Notes: generated by a model not told the origin, from the sequence alone. Positions 25,847 through 35,507 are shown, counted from the first letter of the stretch. The stretch: DNA of 64,000 nucleotides from a bacterium (GCA_037446635.1 JBBIIG010000014.1:16294-80293), one strand, 5' to 3'. Made by a program: numbers and translations.

Positions 25847-27571
25847 ATGAAGACGACGAAAGAGATCGGGGGAATTCAAATTTTCGCCGAAATCCATTCG
25901 GGCGCCACCACGTTGGTGTTCAAAGGCTATCAGCCGGCGCTCGACCGCATGGTGCTGCTCAAAGTGCTGCGCCCGGAATTTAATCACGACGCCGAACTCA
26001 CCCGGCGCTTCGAGGAGGAGGCGCGCCTCACCGCCAAAATCCAGCATCCGAACGTGGCCGCGATTTACGATTACGGCCGCGCCGGCGACTGGCGCTACTT
26101 CGCCGCCGAATTTGTGGAAGGGTTTAATTTAGGAGAAATCATTCATCAGCGAAAACTGCCGCCGGAATTGGCCGCGTTCATTTTGTTGGAATGTGTGCGC
26201 GGACTGAAAGCCGCTCACGACAAAAAAATTTTGCACCGCGATCTCAAACCTTCGAACATCTTGATTTCCCACGAAGGTCAGGTGAAGCTCACCGACTTCG
26301 GCATGGCTTCGCTGCGGCCAAGCGCAGAGCAGCAACTTGAAGAAAAAATTTCCGGAACGTTAGCCTATCTCGCGCCCGAACAAATTTTGGGAAAGCCTGC
26401 CAGTCCCTCCTCCGATATTTTTTCGCTGGGCGCGACTTTCTTCGAAATGGTGACCGGCGAACCGGCATTTGCCGGTGAAAATCCCGGCAATATATTCGAG
26501 GTAATATTGCATTCAGATCCTTTCGCAAAAATTTCCAGCGCCGCTTTCCCGGAAATATGGCGGCGAATTTGTGCGAAGATGCTGGCAAACGATCCGGCGC
26601 AACGATACAGCGAGTGCTCTGCGCTGATCGCAGACATTGAGGTCGCTGGCGTTTTTGTAAATTCTTCTGACTTGAAAAGTTATTTGTTCGATCCAGTTAG
26701 TTATTTAGAAAAAGTCGTGATCGCCCCGGGTTCCGTTTCCAGGTTTTCGCCGACTGCCACGGAAGGTGCTCGTTCGGGATTTTTCCGCCTGCGCGGGCAG
26801 GCAATTCCGCACGCTACGTTGCGCCGAGTCTGGCCGGCAGCCGCGGCGATAATCCTTATCGTTATGGCTGCGGCTATTGGGTTTTCATTTTTGCAAAAGA
26901 AAGAAAAACTAGCTTTGCGCGAAGAGCAGCAGGCAGCATTTTTATCACCATCAGACTCAAACGCCATTCAAAATAATCAATCAAAATTTGTTGATGAGCC
27001 GAAGCCAACCACAACCGTCGCAGCACGCGAAGCTGAAATTAATGCGCCAGCGCAACCGCAGCCAGGGCAAATGATGATTGGGATTGAAAAAGACGCAACC
27101 CCATCAGCCCAAATTCCGGCCGAACATCCGGCGCCGGAGTTTGGCTATTTGACTATCATCTGCACGCCGTGGGCAGCGGTTTTTGTCAACGGCGATTCGC
27201 TCACCACGACGCCGCTGCGCTCGCCGATAAAATTACCGCTCGGCCGCCATGAGTTGATTTTGCGAAATCCGCAATTTCCAGAATTCAAGCAGTGGATCGA
27301 ATTAAGTGAGGAAAATACGACGATCGAAATTTCGCTGTGGAGTCTGGTCGGCACGCTCAAATTAGAAGTGAGTCCGTGGGCGGAAGTTTATGTCGATGGC
27401 CAATACCAAGACACGGTGCCGCCGCAGCGGCGGCCGCTGATTTTGTCGCCGGGCCAGCACGTGCTCATGCTCAAACATCCGCAATTAGGCGCGTGGGAGA
27501 CGCCTATTGAGATCGCCGCCGGCAAAAATTTGGAGATGAAATTTAATCTTCAAACCCTGCTGTCAAAATAG
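25847..27571 (+). CDS. Hanks-type Ser/Thr protein kinase with a TM helix and two C-terminal PEGA-like domains
   Basis: HRDLKPSNILIS, DFG, GTLAYLAPE. TM segment VWPAAAAIILIVMAAAIGFSF. PEGA-like GYLTIICTPWAAVFVNG and GTLKLEVSPWAEVYVDG. Confidence 0.9.
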   Translation: MKTTKEIGGIQIFAEIHSGATTLVFKGYQPALDRMVLLKVLRPEFNHDAELTRRFEEEARLTAKIQHPNVAAIYDYGRAGDWRYFAAEFVEGFNLGEIIHQRKLPPELAAFILLECVRGLKAAHDKKILHRDLKPSNILISHEGQVKLTDFGMASLRPSAEQQLEEKISGTLAYLAPEQILGKPASPSSDIFSLGATFFEMVTGEPAFAGENPGNIFEVILHSDPFAKISSAAFPEIWRRICAKMLANDPAQRYSECSALIADIEVAGVFVNSSDLKSYLFDPVSYLEKVVIAPGSVSRFSPTATEGARSGFFRLRGQAIPHATLRRVWPAAAAIILIVMAAAIGFSFLQKKEKLALREEQQAAFLSPSDSNAIQNNQSKFVDEPKPTTTVAAREAEINAPAQPQPGQMMIGIEKDATPSAQIPAEHPAPEFGYLTIICTPWAAVFVNGDSLTTTPLRSPIKLPLGRHELILRNPQFPEFKQWIELSEENTTIEISLWSLVGTLKLEVSPWAEVYVDGQYQDTVPPQRRPLILSPGQHVLMLKHPQLGAWETPIEIAAGKNLEMKFNLQTLLSK

Positions 27572-27587
27572 TGGAACGCCATTTGCC
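27572..27587 (+). promoter_or_regulatory. Candidate sigma-54 promoter for the Kelch/TPR operon
   Basis: TGGAAC-GCCAT-TTGCC with correct spacing, 74 nt upstream of ATG 27660. Confidence 0.5.
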
Positions 27588-27659
27588 TTTTTCATGGCCG
27601 GTTTGGCTCGGACCATTCATCAGCGGGAAAAATTTGCACAATAAACTGGAATTTTCAAC

Positions 27660-28910
27660 ATGAAACAGATCGTCTTTTTTTTGATTGTGCTTGGTTGGTT
27701 GGTGTGGGTTGAGGACATCTCGGCGCAAGCCGGCTGGATTTTCAAAACGCCGATGCCCACGGCGCGCGCCGGCATTTGCGCCGCGGTGCTCGACGGCAAA
27801 GTCTATGTGATGGGCGGCCGCAGCAGCAGCGGCCAGGTGCTCGATTTGGTGGAGCGATACGACCCGCAAAACGACCGTTGGGAAAGTTCGCCGCGTTTGC
27901 GGGATGGGCGCGAGAACGCCGCGGCGGTGGTTTATGATGGCACCATCTTTGTGCTCGGCGGCCGCGATCACGAAGGAGAAGTCATAAAGAAGGTAGAATT
28001 TTTTAATCACAATAGAAATGAATGGGAGGGCTTTGATGATATGTTAGAAAAGCGGGAGGGGCTCGGCGCCGTAGTGGTGAATGGTCTTCTGTATGCCGTG
28101 GGCGGTGGCGATGAACACGAAGTGTTGTTGGATGGCGTGGAATTTTTTGATCCAAGCCAGCGGAAATGGATTAAAGCGAATGACTGGCAGCTGATTTTGC
28201 CGGCGGCATCGCTGGTCGCGGTGGCGGTGCGGGATTCCGCCTTCACCATCGGCGGATTTGGGGGCGTGTTGGGACCGCTGAATATTGTGCAGCGGTACTA
28301 CGCCGGCTTGGAAACGGCGGTGCGTGCCTCCCTGCTGATTGGGCGCGGGGGGTCGGCTGTCGTCGCCCGCGGCGACTCCATTTTCGTTTTGGGAGGAAGC
28401 GGATTGTTGGGCACGTTAAATTCCGTTGAGGTGTTCATCCCGAAATTCAATCGCTGGGAAAGCTTCTCATCTCTGCAAACCGCCCGCGAGAACTTCGCCG
28501 CGGTGGCGGTGGATCACACGCTGTTCGTCTTTGGCGGCCGCGGCGCCAACGGCCACGCCCTCAACTCCGTGGAAGCGTATGAGCTCGTGACCGCGGTGGA
28601 AGACGAGCCGCCGATTTTGCCGCTCGGTTTTGCGCTGGAGCAAAACTATCCCAATCCCTTCAATGCTGGCACGAAGATCGTTTTTCGTGTTCCAGCCTCT
28701 AACAGTACGGCGGCGATTCGATTAGAGATTTTTAATGTGCGCGGCGCGCGCGTGGCAACTTTGGTCGATGGGCCGCGGCTGCCAGGCGAGTACGAAGTGT
28801 TTTGGGACGGCGCTGATTTTCAAAAGCGGCCGGTTGCCAGCGGAATTTATGTGTACATATTAGAAATGGGCGGACAACGCATCGCCAAAAAAATGATCCT
28901 GAGCCGATGA
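27660..28910 (+). CDS. Kelch-repeat beta-propeller protein with a T9SS C-terminal sorting domain
   Basis: Repeated GGR..G..L..VE.YDP..N.W units. C-terminal NYPNPFNAGTKIVF...GIYVYILEMGGQRIAKKMILSR. Confidence 0.9.
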   Translation: MKQIVFFLIVLGWLVWVEDISAQAGWIFKTPMPTARAGICAAVLDGKVYVMGGRSSSGQVLDLVERYDPQNDRWESSPRLRDGRENAAAVVYDGTIFVLGGRDHEGEVIKKVEFFNHNRNEWEGFDDMLEKREGLGAVVVNGLLYAVGGGDEHEVLLDGVEFFDPSQRKWIKANDWQLILPAASLVAVAVRDSAFTIGGFGGVLGPLNIVQRYYAGLETAVRASLLIGRGGSAVVARGDSIFVLGGSGLLGTLNSVEVFIPKFNRWESFSSLQTARENFAAVAVDHTLFVFGGRGANGHALNSVEAYELVTAVEDEPPILPLGFALEQNYPNPFNAGTKIVFRVPASNSTAAIRLEIFNVRGARVATLVDGPRLPGEYEVFWDGADFQKRPVASGIYVYILEMGGQRIAKKMILSR

Positions 28911-29701
28911 AACCTACTATTATTTTTCTGATTCTATTTTTGCAGGCTACCGTTTTTGGACAGGGCGCCGAGCGCGATCTGATTGAAGAAATTCAAACGG
29001 CGTACAATCAATTGAATTACCCGGAAGCGGAAATCAAAGCGCAGGCGGCGCTCAAAGATTTCCAGCGCTTCACTCCCGCCCAGTTGACCGAGATTCACAA
29101 AATTTTAGCTCTCATTTATTTTTCTCAAAACCAAGAAGACGCCGCCCGTTTGCAATTTGAAAATGCGCTGTCGCTCTCGCCGGATTTAAAACTCGACCCG
29201 CTGTTTGTCTCGCCCAAGATCGTGGAGTTTTTTGAGGACATAAAAAAAGCGCGCGCGGCAAAGGTGAATGATGCCGGCGCGCCGCGAGCGGATGTGCGGT
29301 ACGTGCTAGTGCAAGACCCGCGTCCGGCCGCGGCCATGCGCTCGATGATTTTGCCGGGCTGGGGCCAGCTTTATAAAGGCGAGAAAACCAAAGGTCGCGT
29401 GCTGCTCGGACTCTGGAGCGCCGGCGTCATAGGAACCGTCGCCGCACACATTGCCCGCGCCAACGCCGAGGACAAATACCTTGCGGAAACCGATCCCAAT
29501 CGCATCGAATCCCGTTACGACGCCTTCAACCGTTATCACAAGCTGCGCAACAACCTGTTGATTTTCTCCGGCGGCGTCTGGCTCTTCAGCTACCTCGACG
29601 CCATCGTCAAAAAACAAAATCCCAATTATTCCTCTCAAAATTCCGTTCTCATTCTCCCAAATTTCGACAAACCGCAGGTGAGCTTCGTCGTTCGTTTCTA
29701 A
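28907..29701 (+). CDS. TPR-like N-terminal / DUF5683-like membrane protein
   Basis: ATGA start-stop overlap with the Kelch gene. Signal peptide and a TPR-like helix pair. The ILPGWGQLYKGEKTKG motif followed by two hydrophobic helices resembles DUF5683 (recollection). Confidence 0.65.
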   Translation: MKPTIIFLILFLQATVFGQGAERDLIEEIQTAYNQLNYPEAEIKAQAALKDFQRFTPAQLTEIHKILALIYFSQNQEDAARLQFENALSLSPDLKLDPLFVSPKIVEFFEDIKKARAAKVNDAGAPRADVRYVLVQDPRPAAAMRSMILPGWGQLYKGEKTKGRVLLGLWSAGVIGTVAAHIARANAEDKYLAETDPNRIESRYDAFNRYHKLRNNLLIFSGGVWLFSYLDAIVKKQNPNYSSQNSVLILPNFDKPQVSFVVRF

Positions 29702-29785
29702 CCGGAGTGAAACGCTTTAGCGTTGCAGTTTCCCTGTGGAGTGCCAAACTTTAGTTGGCCTACGTCACCTAAAGCTTGACACTCC
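29702..29785. repeat. Three family-C units GGAGTG-N6-CTTTAG (two direct, one inverted)
   Basis: ggagtgaaacgctttag (29704-), ggagtgccaaactttag (29738-), and the inverted copy cacctaaagcttgacactcc (ending 29785). Confidence 0.75.
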
Positions 29786-29927
29786 TCGCCTGCGCAAACT
29801 TTTCTCACGCCATTGCAAACCCTGCGCATACCAATTTTTCAACGACTCAATTGGGCGCGTTAAATCACGAATCGTAAACCATCACAAGATTACCACTTAA
29901 CGCCCCTCGATTGTGACGCGACCGCGC

Positions 29928-29942
29928 TGGCATCGCCTTTGC
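29928..29942 (+). promoter_or_regulatory. Candidate sigma-54 promoter for the DUF5666-repeat cargo gene
   Basis: TGGCAT-CGCCT-TTGCG with correct spacing, 57 nt upstream of ATG 29999. Confidence 0.6.
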
Positions 29943-29998
29943 GTGATGAACGTCCAAACCAATTCACCCAATTTATTTCAAAAATAGGAGGATTTGTC

Positions 29999-32740
29999 AT
30001 GCCAACGGTACGGTTTACAAAATCAATTTTATGGACGTTGCTGGCGAGCGCGATATTGCTGGCCGCAACGAACCTGTGGGCGGCGGGAGAATTCGTTCTA
30101 TCCACGCGCTCCGATTTTTCCACCAATGATCGCATTTTCACCCGCGACGACACGCTGTTCATGAAAGTCATTGTGCCCAATATCGATGTCACTGAAATTC
30201 ACGACAACGAATTTCGTTTGCACGCTGAGAGCGGCGGCGGAAATTTCGAGGGCAAATTCACCAACCATCTGAACGGCACCTTCACCGCGAAGCTGGCGCT
30301 AAAAAACGCCGATCCCGGCGAAGCTAACTGGGAATGGCGCGGCCGCATCCGCGATCGCCACGGCCGCGAATTTGAAGCCGAAGTGAATCTGCAAATCGTC
30401 GCCAGCATCAATGGCGATATCGAAGTGAGGCTCAAGGGTAAGATTGAGGCACTGGGTGCGGATTTTGTCGTTGTCCAAAAAACGAAAGTCTTTGTGGATG
30501 CCCATACCCAAATCGTTGATGAAAATGGACAGGCGTTGACGTTCGTCGATTTGCGCGTCGGGCAGTCGGTGACAGTGACCGCGGTACGGAAAGAGAACGG
30601 CGATCTACTGGCGCGGCGCATCGCGTTTGTTTCGCGTTCGGAAAACGAACTGGAGTTGAAAGGCGTCATCGAAAGCATCGACGAAAGCAGTCTCGTGGTG
30701 CTTGGTCTCACGTTCAAGGTCGATGCCAACACCGAAATTGAAGACCACGACAACAACCCGATTTCGTTGAATGATTTATCGGTTGGCCAGTTCGTGGAAA
30801 TCAAAGCGAAAATTCAGAGCGACGGCTCGCGGCTGGCGCTGCGCATCCGCGTTGAAGATCACTCCGGTGAAATCGAATTGAAGGGGAAAATTGAAGCGCT
30901 GGGCGACCACAGTTTGGTTGTCTCCGGCGTGACGTTTGAAGTTACAGCGAATACCGAAATCCTCGGCGACGATAACCAGCTTATTTCGTTTGCCGATTTG
31001 CAGGTCGGCTTTTTGGTGGAGGTGAAAGGCATTCCAACTCAAGGGGAAACGATCATGGCAACGCGCATCAAAGTGGAGGGAGAATTATTTGTCGATGATG
31101 AAATCGAGTTTACCGGGCTGGTGTTCGAGGTCGGCGATCATTTCATCGTGGTTTCCGGGTTGCGATTTGAAGTGAGCGCCGCCACCGTGATTTTAGATGA
31201 CGACAATCATCCCATTACTTTGGCCGACATTCGCGCCGGCGTGTTTGTGGAAATTCGCGCGGACGTTGCCGCCGATGGCTCATTGCAAGCGACCAAAATT
31301 AAAATCGAAGATCGCTTCGACGATGAGGTCGAATTGACCGGCGAAATCGAAAGCATCGGAGAAAACACCCTGACGGTCGATGGCAAAGTTTTTGTGGTCA
31401 ACGAAAGCACGGTGGTGCTGGACAACCGGAACCTGCCGATTCCCTTCAGTGCGCTGCAGGTTGGGATGCTCGTCGAAGTGCGCGCTGATTTGCAGTTGGA
31501 CGGCTCGCTGCTGGCGACGCGCATCAAAATCGAAGATCGCGATGACGACGAAGTGGAGCTGACGGGCCGCATTGAGGCGATTGTTGGCCAAACGCTGGTG
31601 GTCGGCGGCTTCACGTTCACCGTGGACGCCAACACCGTTGTTCTCGACAACCGCAATAACGCAATCGCCTTTGCCGACCTGCGCGTTGGGTTGATTGTGG
31701 AGATTCGCGCCGATAAGCAATTGGACGGAACGCTGCTCGCCACCCGCATCAAAATTGAAGACCGCATGGCAGACGAAGTGGAAATCACCGGATTGATTGA
31801 AGCCCTCACCGAGTCCGCGATCACCGTCGCAGGCCAAACCTTCCTGTTCACGGAAAACACCATCGTGCTGGATAATAACAATTTGCCCATTCCGCGCGCG
31901 AATCTTTCGGTGGGGCAGCGGGTGGAAATCAAAGGCGATCTTTTGGCGGACGGCACGCTCATCGCGCTGCGAATAAAATTAGAGGACGGCGCCAACAACG
32001 AAGTGGAGGTTGAAGGGCCAATCTCCGCGGTTGGTCTCGGCACGCTTGCGGTTCTGGAAAATAATTTCATCGTCAACCTCGGCACCGAGATTCTCGACAT
32101 CAACAATTTGCCAATCACATTGGGCGATTTGTTAGTTGGACAGGTCGTGAAAGTGCGCGCTGTGCTGGAACTGAACGGCACGCGCATCGCTACGCGCATT
32201 CAGTTGAAAAACGTGGTTGTGATGTCAGGCAATATCGCGCAGGTGAACGTGAATAGCGTGGTGATTTTGAATAAAGTTGTGAAGATTGATGCCAACACGT
32301 TGATTCTGGCCGAACAGAATCGCGCCATCGCTTTTGCGGATTTGAAAGTCGGCGACCGCGTGGAAGTGCGCGGTGAGCCGCAGCCCAACGATGAAGTAAA
32401 CGCGACGAAAATCAAAACTCAGCAGCCGAATGTGATTACCGGTATCGGCGATTCTGATGCGGGTTCCAACCTTCCCAAGCAGTTTGCGCTGGAGCAGAAT
32501 TATCCCAATCCCTTCAACCCGAGCACGAACATCAGTTACAATCTCGCGCGCGACGGCCGGGTTCGTCTCGCGGTGTACAACTTGCTGGGTCAGCGAGTCG
32601 CCACGCTGGTGGACGAGGTTCGCCCGGCTGGGAGTCACACTTTAACCTGGAATGCCGCGAATCTTCCCAGCGGCATTTACATCTACCGTCTGGAAGCCGG
32701 CGGCAATGTGTTGTCGCGGCGGATGACACTTTTGAAGTGA
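29999..32740 (+). CDS. Large secreted protein: nine tandem DUF5666-like modules plus a T9SS C-terminal sorting domain
   Basis: AGGAGG RBS before ATG 29999, then a signal peptide. ~70 aa modules of pattern E(L/V)xGxIE(A/S)(I/L)...TF.V.ANT.(I/V)LD..N..I.FADL.VG..VE(I/V)RA....DG(S/T)LLATRIKIED. C-terminal NYPNPFNPSTNISY...GIYIYRLEAGGNVLSRRMTLLK. Confidence 0.85.
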   Translation: MPTVRFTKSILWTLLASAILLAATNLWAAGEFVLSTRSDFSTNDRIFTRDDTLFMKVIVPNIDVTEIHDNEFRLHAESGGGNFEGKFTNHLNGTFTAKLALKNADPGEANWEWRGRIRDRHGREFEAEVNLQIVASINGDIEVRLKGKIEALGADFVVVQKTKVFVDAHTQIVDENGQALTFVDLRVGQSVTVTAVRKENGDLLARRIAFVSRSENELELKGVIESIDESSLVVLGLTFKVDANTEIEDHDNNPISLNDLSVGQFVEIKAKIQSDGSRLALRIRVEDHSGEIELKGKIEALGDHSLVVSGVTFEVTANTEILGDDNQLISFADLQVGFLVEVKGIPTQGETIMATRIKVEGELFVDDEIEFTGLVFEVGDHFIVVSGLRFEVSAATVILDDDNHPITLADIRAGVFVEIRADVAADGSLQATKIKIEDRFDDEVELTGEIESIGENTLTVDGKVFVVNESTVVLDNRNLPIPFSALQVGMLVEVRADLQLDGSLLATRIKIEDRDDDEVELTGRIEAIVGQTLVVGGFTFTVDANTVVLDNRNNAIAFADLRVGLIVEIRADKQLDGTLLATRIKIEDRMADEVEITGLIEALTESAITVAGQTFLFTENTIVLDNNNLPIPRANLSVGQRVEIKGDLLADGTLIALRIKLEDGANNEVEVEGPISAVGLGTLAVLENNFIVNLGTEILDINNLPITLGDLLVGQVVKVRAVLELNGTRIATRIQLKNVVVMSGNIAQVNVNSVVILNKVVKIDANTLILAEQNRAIAFADLKVGDRVEVRGEPQPNDEVNATKIKTQQPNVITGIGDSDAGSNLPKQFALEQNYPNPFNPSTNISYNLARDGRVRLAVYNLLGQRVATLVDEVRPAGSHTLTWNAANLPSGIYIYRLEAGGNVLSRRMTLLK
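30419..32420 (+). repeat. Coding tandem repeat (9 x ~210 nt, diverged) inside 29999-32740
   Basis: Module starts: KGKIEALGADF, KGVIESIDESS, KGKIEALGDHS, TGLVFEVGDHF, TGEIESIGENT, TGRIEAIVGQT, TGLIEALTESA, EGPISAVGLGT, SGNIAQVNVNS. The copies are similar but clearly diverged at nucleotide level, by eye. Confidence 0.85.
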
Positions 32741-32757
32741 CCCGGAATTGCCCGGAA

Positions 32758-32786
32758 TTGCCTGGCACTTCAAAAGTGCCAGGCAA
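32758..32786. repeat. Family-A palindrome, near-identical to copy 22706-22734
   Basis: GGAATTGCCTGGCACTT(C/T)AAAAGTGCCAGGCAATTTTAA(C/T)CCC is shared over ~45 nt with 22702-22745. It is preceded by a CCCGGAATTG x2 direct duplication. Confidence 0.9.
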
Positions 32787-32803
32787 TTTTAACCCCACGT
32801 TGT

Positions 32804-32831
32804 GTAGGGGCGTATGGCCATACGCCCCTAC
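32804..32831. repeat. Family-B palindrome (GTAGGGGCGTATGGCCATACGCCCCTAC)
   Basis: Perfect palindrome sharing the AGGGGCGTAT core with 24019-24042. A further hairpin GGGCGATTCATGAATCGTCCC follows at about 32857-32877. Confidence 0.85.
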
Positions 32832-32915
32832 TGTGAAATGATTCTGTAACCCGGGGGGGCGATTCATGAATCGTCCCTCCGGGATCCCATAATTATCGCC
32901 TTTCTCCTTAAATCA

Positions 32916-32960
32916 AAAGCAGGCGCGGACGTTTGAAAGTCTCGCGCCTGCTTTATTTTT
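32916..32960 (+). terminator. Rho-independent terminator
   Basis: AAAGCAGGCGCG-15 nt loop-CGCGCCTGCTTT followed by ATTTTT. Confidence 0.8.
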
Positions 32961-33042
32961 CTGGATGAAATTTTTCATTCAAAGGGTTGCCTTAGTTGCA
33001 AAGATTGTTAGATTGATGGATTAATTCAAGGAGACCAAATTC

Positions 33043-34434
33043 ATGCCGACCGAAAAATTCGACGCCATCGTCATCGGCTCCGGACAGGGTGGGGGGCCGC
33101 TTGCCACCACCCTCGCCAACGCCGGCTGGAAAAGCGCGCTCATCGAAAAAGAGCACGTGGGCGGCACCTGTGTGAACGAAGGCTGCACGCCGACGAAAAC
33201 TATGGTCGCCAGCGCCCGCGTGGCGTATTTGACGAGGCGCGCTGCGGACTACGGGGTCCACACCGGGCCGATCAGCGTGGATATGAAAAAAGTGCGCCAG
33301 CGCAAGCGGGACATCGTCACCAGCTTCCGCAGCGGCAGCCAGAAGCGAATGGAGAGCACTAAAAATCTCGAGCTGATTTTTGGCGAAGCGCGCTTCACGG
33401 CGCCGAAAACCATCGAAGTGAAATTGAACGCGGGCGGCGTGCGACAAATGGCCGCCGATAAAATTATCATCAACACTGGCACGCGGCCGGTGAATCCACC
33501 GGTGCCGGGACTCGATCAGGTTCCCACGCTCAACTCAACTTCGATCATGGAACTCGACACCGTGCCGAAGCGCCTGCTGGTAATGGGCGGCGGCTACATC
33601 GGTTTGGAGTTCGGACAAATGTTCCGGCGTTTCGGCAGCGAGGTGACGATTGTCCAGCGCGGCAAGCAACTGCTGGCGCGCGAAGACGACGACGTAGCCG
33701 ATGAGGTCGCAAAAATTCTGCGCGCAGATGGCATCGAAGTGCTGCTGGAAACCGAAGCCGTGAGCGTTTCAAAAAATTCGAATGGCGAAATTAATCTCAA
33801 AGTCAAAAACAGCGCGGGCGAACGAACGCTGACCGGGACGCATTTTCTGGTGGCGGTGGGTCGTATTCCCAACAGCGATCGCCTCAACCTCGAATCCGCC
33901 GGCGTGAAGCTTGACAAACGCGGCTTCATTCAAGTAAACGAGCGGCTCGAAACCTCGGCGGCGGAGGTGTACGCCCTCGGCGATGTGAAGGGCGGACCGA
34001 TGTTCACTCACATTTCTTACGATGATTTTCGCATCCTGCGCGCCAATCTTTTGGAAAAGGATGGCGCCGCGATCACGGGGCGGCTGGTGCCCTACACGGT
34101 GTTCATCGATCCGCAATTAGGCCGCGTGGGATTGACCGAAACCGAAGCCCGCGAAAGAGGCTTGAATTTCAAAGTCGCGAAAATGCCCATGAATTACGTC
34201 GCTCGCGCGTTGGAAATGGACGAGTCCCGCGGCTTCATGAAAGCCGTTGTGGATGCCGGCAGCAAACAAATTCTCGGCGCCGCGATTTTTGGCATCGAGG
34301 GCGGGGAGATGATGGCGGCCCTGCAAATAGCGATGATGGGCAAGCTGCCGTACACCGTATTGCGCGACGCCGTCTTTGCGCACCCCACTTTAGCGGAGGC
34401 CTTCAACAATCTTTTCTCGACATTGGATTCGTAG
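33043..34434 (+). CDS. Class-I pyridine nucleotide-disulfide oxidoreductase (MerA/RclA-like core, without a metal-binding N-domain or C-terminal Cys pair)
   Basis: [16 protein letters not shown] (FAD fold), redox-active [24 protein letters not shown] (NAD fold), and a dimerisation-domain HPTLAE motif. Confidence 0.9.
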   Translation: MPTEKFDAIVIGSGQGGGPLATTLANAGWKSALIEKEHVGGTCVNEGCTPTKTMVASARVAYLTRRAADYGVHTGPISVDMKKVRQRKRDIVTSFRSGSQKRMESTKNLELIFGEARFTAPKTIEVKLNAGGVRQMAADKIIINTGTRPVNPPVPGLDQVPTLNSTSIMELDTVPKRLLVMGGGYIGLEFGQMFRRFGSEVTIVQRGKQLLAREDDDVADEVAKILRADGIEVLLETEAVSVSKNSNGEINLKVKNSAGERTLTGTHFLVAVGRIPNSDRLNLESAGVKLDKRGFIQVNERLETSAAEVYALGDVKGGPMFTHISYDDFRILRANLLEKDGAAITGRLVPYTVFIDPQLGRVGLTETEARERGLNFKVAKMPMNYVARALEMDESRGFMKAVVDAGSKQILGAAIFGIEGGEMMAALQIAMMGKLPYTVLRDAVFAHPTLAEAFNNLFSTLDS

Positions 34435-34477
34435 AAGACAGTCCGAAATTGTAGCCAAAGTTGTCCGCAGCGGACGC

Positions 34478-35428
34478 GTGGAGAGCAGCCACCGTGGGCA
34501 CATTACTGTAGTCGATGCCGACGGAAATTTGCACGCGTCTGTGGGCGATCCTAACCACGCTACCTACATGCGCTCCGCCGCCAAGCCGGTGCAGATCATG
34601 CCGCTGCTCGAAGACGGCGTGGACCAACATTTCGGACTCACCGATTCGGAGCTGGCAGTGATCATGGCTTCGCACAACGGCGAGGAGGTTCACGTTCGCG
34701 CCGTTGAAAGCATCCTCAAAAAAATTGGACTCACGGACAGCAATCTCAAATGCGGCTTTCATCCCCCGATGTACGGACCCGCCGCGGCTCATCACATCCA
34801 ACAAAATCTTCCCAAATCCCCGATTTACAACAACTGCTCCGGCAAGCACTCCGGCATGTTGGCGGTGGCTAAATTTCACAACTGGCCGCTGGAGAATTAC
34901 CTCGATCCCCATCATTCCCTGCAAAGTCGCATCAAAGAACGGATGGCGTTTTTCTCGGGTTTAAATGAAGATGAAATCGGCGTGGGCGTGGATGGCTGCA
35001 GCGCGCCGGTGTTTTATCTGCCCCTCAAAAACATGGCGCTGATTTATGCGAAGTTAGCCGCGGGTGTGACTCAATCCGCCAACCGAGTTTTTGAAATCAT
35101 GACTGCTCATCCGGAAATGATTGCCGGCACCGGCCGCTTCGATTCTGAATTGATGCGAGTGACGTCCGGCCGCATGATCAGCAAAGTCGGCGCGGAGGGA
35201 ATTCGGTGCGTTGGAGTTGTGGGTGAGCGGCCGCTGGGTATTGCTCTCAAAATTGCAGACGGCAGCAAACGCGCTTCGGAGGCGGTGATGCTGGAGGCGC
35301 TGGGGCAATTGAAGTTGATTTCTGAAGCCGAATTGGATGCTCTGGCAGATTTTTATCGTCCCGAGATTGTGAATTTTGCGGGAATTGAGACGGGCGTCAT
35401 TCGTCCGGAGTTTGAGTTGCGGCTCTAA
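34478..35428 (+). CDS. L-asparaginase II family protein (PF06089-like)
   Basis: VESSHRGHITVVDADGN...MRSAAKPVQ...NNCSGKHSGMLA...GVDGCSAPVF. Family-like sequence (EIVAKVVRSGR) continues upstream of GTG 34478 with no canonical start, so the true start is uncertain. Confidence 0.85.
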   Translation: MESSHRGHITVVDADGNLHASVGDPNHATYMRSAAKPVQIMPLLEDGVDQHFGLTDSELAVIMASHNGEEVHVRAVESILKKIGLTDSNLKCGFHPPMYGPAAAHHIQQNLPKSPIYNNCSGKHSGMLAVAKFHNWPLENYLDPHHSLQSRIKERMAFFSGLNEDEIGVGVDGCSAPVFYLPLKNMALIYAKLAAGVTQSANRVFEIMTAHPEMIAGTGRFDSELMRVTSGRMISKVGAEGIRCVGVVGERPLGIALKIADGSKRASEAVMLEALGQLKLISEAELDALADFYRPEIVNFAGIETGVIRPEFELRL

Positions 35429-35507
35429 ACACCGGGGTCTTTAAGACGCCGGAGTTTCATTGATCTACTTTCGTGCAAACTCCGGGGTCTTTAAGACCCG
35501 GAGTTTT
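35427..35507. repeat. Two family-D hairpins (AAACTCCGGGGTCTTTAAGACCCGGAGTTT)
   Basis: Copies at 35427-35457 and 35477-35507. A third copy lies at 37088-37119. Each sits directly after a stop codon and looks terminator-like. Confidence 0.85.

Noticed and set aside
31207-32199. 330-aa minus-strand ORF (plus 31280-31837 and 30199-30804)
   Set aside because: These are shadow ORFs opposite the DUF5666 repeat gene. They are Ser/Thr/Arg-rich, have no start context, and the + strand shows the regular module pattern and a sorting domain.
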